Below, in pieces: positions 47,659 to 51,322 of a DNA stretch of 51,322 nt. The stretch comes from Smithella sp. (GTDB lineage Bacteria > Desulfobacterota > Syntrophia > Syntrophales > Smithellaceae). The number at the start of each line of letters is the position of its first letter. Position 1 is the first letter of the stretch. The stretch is taken from the NCBI GenBank assembly GCA_039679815.1, contig JBDKUG010000191.1:1-51322 (forward strand), given 5' to 3'. The notes beneath the pieces were generated by a model. The model did not search any database. It was not told the origin of the DNA and saw only the letters and a program-made list of their open reading frames with translations. The position numbers and the translations under genes are program-made.

Positions 47659-47957
47659 GCTGGTTCAGTCATGTTCGGGCTGTTGCCCAAACGATATCCC
47701 TTTGAGTGGCCATTGAAAGCGTTTTGTTTCATAACTGAAGGCCTGTGGCCTTCCCGGTAAGGAATATACGAATTATTGCGCTTCGCAAATGCTGCGCGCT
47801 TCCGGTCAAGGCGCAGTGAAAGATCAGTAATGACAACTGTTTGAGCCGCAGGCGAGTTTTGTCATTACCTTTCGCAAGCTTTAGATTTATTCAAAACACT
47901 TTCAGGCGAGCGAAAAGGATATTTGGGCAACAGACCGTGCAACGATTGAACCCGCAA
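47659..47957. repeat. double-hairpin repeat, split copy whose centre is replaced by the nested-hairpin element
   Basis: GCTGGTTCAGTCATGT (47659-47674) and ATTGAACCCGCAA (47945-47957) match the two ends of the 18787-18875 and 48723-48806 units. The interior is different sequence. Confidence 0.5.
47680..47933. repeat. nested long-hairpin element, copy 2 (reverse orientation relative to 18166-18341)
   Basis: The outer arms are CTGTTGCCCAAACGATATCCC (47680-47700) and GGATATTTGGGCAACAG (47917-47933). The inner perfect stem is GTAATGACAA (47827-47836) / TTGTCATTAC (47859-47868). The loop CTGTTTGAGCCGCAGGCGAGT is the reverse complement of the copy-1 loop apart from a paired C/G deletion. Confidence 0.55.
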
Positions 47958-48143
47958 AGATAACATAATAAAGAATTGCGACGCAGTCTCTCCGCCAGAA
48001 TGGCATTATTTAAGGTTATATCGGAGTAATAACTTGGTCAGTAAATCGGAAGAGATGCGTTTTACGGTAAACGAAAGCCAGAGGGCCTGCGGATTGATGT
48101 GTTTGTGGTAGTGAGTTTTTTGACTCGCGATTGCGCGCATGTT

Positions 48144-48419
48144 TTAAATTCTGGTATTGATGTCTTTGTAGACAGATTTTCGATGCTTGATGCCTAGGAT
48201 CCATACTTCAGACGCCAGCAATTTGAATACAATCCGATAATCGCCAACTCGCAGCTTCCAATAGCCTTTAAGCGACTTACGCAATGGTTCTCCGTAGTCT
48301 TGTGGCGCAGTTTGCAATCTTTCCTCAATTGCCTTGCGGATTCTGTTTCTTGTTTTTTGATCGATCAGCGGTAAATCTTCCGTGTGTACGGCCTGATGAT
48401 AACGCAAAGTGAAAAACAT
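48144..48419 (-). CDS. type II toxin, RelE/ParE superfamily
   Basis: 91-aa ORF with ...RIRKAIEERLQTAPQDYGEPLRKSLKGYWKLRVGDYRIVFKL..SEVWILGIKHRK.VY.. It lies 3 nt downstream of an RHH antitoxin ORF. Confidence 0.8.
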   Translation of the reverse strand: MFFTLRYHQAVHTEDLPLIDQKTRNRIRKAIEERLQTAPQDYGEPLRKSLKGYWKLRVGDYRIVFKLLASEVWILGIKHRKSVYKDINTRI

Positions 48420-48422
48420 AGA

Positions 48423-48650
48423 TTATTTCCAAACGTCTTCGTGTGATAGAGCCGATTTTTTATGGAATGTTTTTATCCGTTTGTCGGCAAGAGCCGCAAG
48501 TGCAATATCTTCACGCAATTCAAGTGCCTCACGAATCAGATCTCGGGCAAGAGTGGACATAGAGACACCTCCATTAGCTGCCAGATCGGACATAGCTTTA
48601 TATAGTGGCGGTTCAACGACAACATTTACCCTGGGGCTTTTTGTAGGCAT
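48423..48650 (-). CDS. type II antitoxin, ribbon-helix-helix (CopG/RelB-like)
   Basis: MPTKSPRVNVVVEPPLYKAMSDLAANGGVSMSTLARDLIREAL... shows a beta-strand then helix-helix pattern. The ATG at 48650 has an AAGGAG RBS; the ORF track extends to 48701. Confidence 0.7.
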   Translation of the reverse strand: MPTKSPRVNVVVEPPLYKAMSDLAANGGVSMSTLARDLIREALELREDIALAALADKRIKTFHKKSALSHEDVWK

Positions 48651-48722
48651 ATTTTTATCTCCTTTGAAAACAAGTGTAACACTTATGATACACCACGTCA
48701 AGGCGAAATAATTTTCTCCGGG

Positions 48723-48806
48723 CTGGTTCAGTCATATGACTGAACCAGATGTTTTGCATGATTAAACTCACAACCAAGGGTTCAATCTGCAAGATTGAAC
48801 CCGCAA
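48723..48806. repeat. double-hairpin repeat, copy 3
   Basis: CTGGTTCAGTCA-TA-TGACTGAACCAG, then TGTTTTGCATGATTAAACT, then GGGTTCAATCT-GCA-AGATTGAACCC followed by GCAA. Most positions are identical to 18787-18875. Confidence 0.75.
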
Positions 48807-48941
48807 AAATTTCTCCCCCTGATCTTAACTCACCCATGGGGTGATCCCCTCCTCAGATAAATTCCCGTCACTCCCCTTATATTTCAAAGATCTATCCGAT
48901 TTGCAAGATCCTCAACTGCTGTTTTTAGGATTAAACGCGCC

Positions 48942-49016
48942 CTTCGACAAGCTCAGGGACCGGACGATAATAGAGAGGGTGCCTGAATATAGCGAGGGTC
49001 GCTGAGCCTGTCGAAG
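48942..49016. repeat. long palindromic repeat with variable centre, copy 2
   Basis: Arms CTTCGACAAGCTCAG (48942-48956) and CTGAGCCTGTCGAAG (49002-49016). It has the same orientation as copy 1, and the central part is about 20 nt longer. Confidence 0.6.
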
Positions 49017-49115
49017 CGTCGAAGCCCCTGTGTAAAAAAATATTGGCGCTTGAGCATAAAAGTTGCTAGTAAAGCTTTGGAAACGTTTATGACTGTTACC
49101 GAAGGATTTAAAGAC

Positions 49116-49748
49116 ATGATCGCCATTATCAATTATAACGCCGGAAATATTACCAGTGTGGCGCGCGCTCTGCACAGCATCGGGCAGGAGTATATCATTA
49201 CTGATGATACAAAAATGCTCAATTCGGCGTCGCATATCATTTTTCCGGGTGTGGGTGCGGCGGGTGAGGCGATGGCTTACCTGAAGCAAAAAGGCTTGGA
49301 TGCGTGGTTGAAAATCTGCTTCCAATCCGGAAAGCCGCTCATGGGTATCTGCCTGGGCACTCAAATTATCCTTGATCACTCCGAAGAAAACGGTACCGAG
49401 TGCATCGGTCTGGTTGCAGGTTCGACCAAACGATTCCCTGAACAGTTAACATCATCCGGCCAGGTTTTGAAGATTCCCCACATGGGTTGGAACAGCGTAA
49501 ATTTCAGACGGGCACATCCGGTGTTCGCAGGTATCGATCCCGCGGCAGAATTTTATTTTGTGCACTCCTACTATCCTTCACCTTCTGATGACGCGGCGGT
49601 TTTAGGCACAACGGATTACGGCATGACCTTTTGTTCTGTGCTGGCAGTCAAGAATCTGGTTGCCATGCAGTTCCACCCGGAAAAAAGCGGCAGACCCGGT
49701 TTGCAGATTCTGAAGAATTTCTGCTCGTGGAGGGGCAATGATCTCTAA
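49116..49748 (+). CDS. hisH: imidazole glycerol phosphate synthase, glutamine amidotransferase subunit HisH
   Basis: Contains [19 protein letters not shown]...IIFPGVGA...[14 protein letters not shown]...HMGWN...FYFVHSY...QFHPEKSG..G... The ORF track extends upstream to TTG 49050. Confidence 0.9.
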   Translation: MIAIINYNAGNITSVARALHSIGQEYIITDDTKMLNSASHIIFPGVGAAGEAMAYLKQKGLDAWLKICFQSGKPLMGICLGTQIILDHSEENGTECIGLVAGSTKRFPEQLTSSGQVLKIPHMGWNSVNFRRAHPVFAGIDPAAEFYFVHSYYPSPSDDAAVLGTTDYGMTFCSVLAVKNLVAMQFHPEKSGRPGLQILKNFCSWRGNDL

Positions 49749-50517
49749 ACGAATTATTCCCTGCCTGGACGTGCGAGACGGCAAGTTGACAAAGGGCATT
49801 AAATTTAAGGGCAATATCGATATCGGCGACCCGGTGGAAGCCGCCCGTGAGTACTATGAACAGGGTGCGGATGAAATTGTCTTCTATGACATTACGGCAT
49901 CATCGGATCAGCGCGACATCATGATTGATGTGGTGAGACGCGTGGCGGAAACCATTTTTATTCCCTTTTCGGTGGGTGGCGGGATCCGCAATCTGGAAGA
50001 CATGCGCAGGGTCATTGGGGCCGGGGCGGAAAAAGTAAGCGTCAATTCGGCGGCAGTGGTCGAACCGGACATCATTGCGCAGGGTGCCAGGGCGTTCGGC
50101 AGCCAGTGTGTTGTTCTAGGCATGGACGTTAAGAAAGTTGATGTCTGCAGCCAGACCCCTTCGGGTTATGAAATCGTGATTGAAGGGGGCAGAAAATTTA
50201 CCGGCATCGATGTGCTGTGGTGGGCAAAAGAGGCTGAAAACCTGGGCGCGGGAGAAATTTGCCTCAATTCGATCGACGCAGACGGCATGCAGGATGGCTA
50301 TGAGCTTGATATGACAGCTCTTATTTCAGATAATGTGCACATTCCAGTCATCGCCTCCGGAGGCGCGGGAAAGCCCGGACATCTGGCGGATGTCCTGACA
50401 AAAGGAAAAGCCGACGCCGCACTGATTGCCTCAATGGTGCATTACCGGACCTACACCATCCGGGAAATTAAAACATACCTGCGCGGACAGGGTATTCAGA
50501 CTCGGATGCTCTGGTAG
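49738..50517 (+). CDS. hisF: imidazole glycerol phosphate synthase, cyclase subunit HisF
   Basis: Contains [22 protein letters not shown]....D.GDPVE.A..Y...GADE.VF.DITAS......M...V......IPF.VGGGIR... It overlaps the hisH end by 11 nt. Confidence 0.95.
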   Translation: MISKRIIPCLDVRDGKLTKGIKFKGNIDIGDPVEAAREYYEQGADEIVFYDITASSDQRDIMIDVVRRVAETIFIPFSVGGGIRNLEDMRRVIGAGAEKVSVNSAAVVEPDIIAQGARAFGSQCVVLGMDVKKVDVCSQTPSGYEIVIEGGRKFTGIDVLWWAKEAENLGAGEICLNSIDADGMQDGYELDMTALISDNVHIPVIASGGAGKPGHLADVLTKGKADAALIASMVHYRTYTIREIKTYLRGQGIQTRMLW

Positions 50518-50639
50518 AGAGCTAATTATTATACTTGACGAAAATCAATTTGTATTCTTAATATCCGATGATTAAATTATATTATATTTCTTCGAACCAT
50601 TAGGGATTATTCTTTATAAAGTCAGGAGGCGTATTGAAA

Positions 50640-51322
50640 GTGGATGCAAAAAGATATGAATTAAATATCCAGCTGGCGCAGATGCTCAAAGGCGGCGTCA
50701 TCATGGATGTGACCAATGTGGAACAGGCCAAAATCGCGGAAGAAGCGGGAGCTGTTGCCGTGATGGCTCTGGAACGCGTGCCGGCTGATATCCGTAAACA
50801 GGGTGGAGTTGCCCGAATGTCCGATCCGGCGATGATCACCGAAATCAAGAAAGTCGTATCCATTCCGGTAATGGCCAAGGCCAGAATCGGCCATTTTGTG
50901 GAAGCACAGTTGCTGGAAGCCATGCGCATAGACTACATTGATGAAAGCGAAGTTCTGACTCCGGCCGATGAAGAATGCCACATTGATAAAACAAAGTTTT
51001 TGATTCCGTTTGTCTGCGGAGCGCGCAACCTGGGCGAAGCCCTGCGAAGGATTGCCGAAGGCGCGGCCATGATCCGCACCAAGGGTGAAGCAGGAACAGG
51101 AAATGTTGTGGAAGCGGTCCGCCACATGAGGACCATGAATCGGGAAATCCGCCAGCTCGCACAAATGCCGGTGGAAGAAGTCACAGGATTTGCCAAAACC
51201 AACGGTCTGCCTTATGAACTGGCTCTCAAAGTGAAAGAACTGGGACGCCTGCCGGTTGTAAACTTCGCCGCAGGTGGCATCGCGACCCCGGCCGACGCGG
51301 CGCTCATGATGCAACTGGGATG
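50640..51322 (+). CDS. pdxS: pyridoxal 5'-phosphate synthase lyase subunit PdxS, N-terminal ~227 aa; 3' end lies outside the window
   Basis: This is not in the ORF track because it has no stop in the window. My translation is ...[55 protein letters not shown]...[22 protein letters not shown]...[13 protein letters not shown]...[18 protein letters not shown]... The RBS is AGGAGG at 50624-50629; the start is GTG 50640 or TTG 50634. Confidence 0.9.
   Translation, partial: MDAKRYELNIQLAQMLKGGVIMDVTNVEQAKIAEEAGAVAVMALERVPADIRKQGGVARMSDPAMITEIKKVVSIPVMAKARIGHFVEAQLLEAMRIDYIDESEVLTPADEECHIDKTKFLIPFVCGARNLGEALRRIAEGAAMIRTKGEAGTGNVVEAVRHMRTMNREIRQLAQMPVEEVTGFAKTNGLPYELALKVKELGRLPVVNFAAGGIATPADAALMMQLG

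Noticed and set aside
47598-49016. Interpretation of the palindromic repeats as integron attC sites (a cassette array lacking an integrase)
   Set aside because: I could not find the canonical R''/R' cores (RYYYAAC ... GTTRRRY) at the arm ends, and there is no integron integrase or attI. This is kept only as a loose analogy in the findings.
50600-51314. Minus-strand ORFs of 217, 109, 105 and 89 aa at the window end
   Set aside because: They are antisense shadows of the clearly recognisable pdxS reading frame on the + strand, which the track omits because it has no stop in the window.

Overview
This looks like an origin-proximal chromosome segment of a bacterium. PaaK+ACT, hemerythrin, a KamA-family radical SAM enzyme, archease/RtcB and Mla-like genes suggest an anaerobic Desulfobacterota-like organism, but that is inference only. 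The core is the block rsmG-parA-parB-dnaA-dnaN-gyrB-gyrA (5.9-16.0 kb). It has DnaA-box-like 9-mers, an AT-rich dnaA-dnaN spacer that is the likely oriC, and one perfect 16-bp parS about 26 kb from parB. The rest is mostly housekeeping or metabolic: thiolase, LysE, thioesterase, DegT aminotransferase + Fe-ADH, trmJ, archease-rtcB, paaK-ACT, HAMP-GGDEF, NUDIX, thioredoxin, ybaK, a DAP-decarboxylase-like gene, PiT + DUF47, mutM, a PHP-domain protein, degP, an Mla-like operon, a PNPOx-like protein, hemerythrin, acyl-CoA ligase, amidohydrolase, mnmG, a TIGR01212 radical SAM protein, a RelE/RHH toxin-antitoxin pair, hisH-hisF and the start of pdxS. I found no rRNA, tRNA, CRISPR array, transposase, integrase or phage gene. 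I also see no clear-cut multi-gene defence system. The strongest candidates for something undescribed are three. (1) A long nested-hairpin non-coding element is present twice (18166-18341 next to rtcB, and 47680-47933 in opposite orientation). Its loops are conserved while its stems covary. (2) Two further hairpin repeat families exist, and one copy of one family has its centre replaced by element (1). Together these families bracket the toxin-antitoxin pair. (3) A four-gene operon (KamA-family aminomutase, two Ddl-like ATP-grasp ligases, GNAT) predicts an acetylated beta-amino-acid peptide. Secondary oddities are an Mla-like operon whose ATPase gene is a Walker-A-less half-size ORF, a decayed ypfJ-like gene with a C8 frameshift, and two proteins with tandemly duplicated zinc-ribbon modules. 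All calls come from reading the sequence and the ORF translations. No database search was run.
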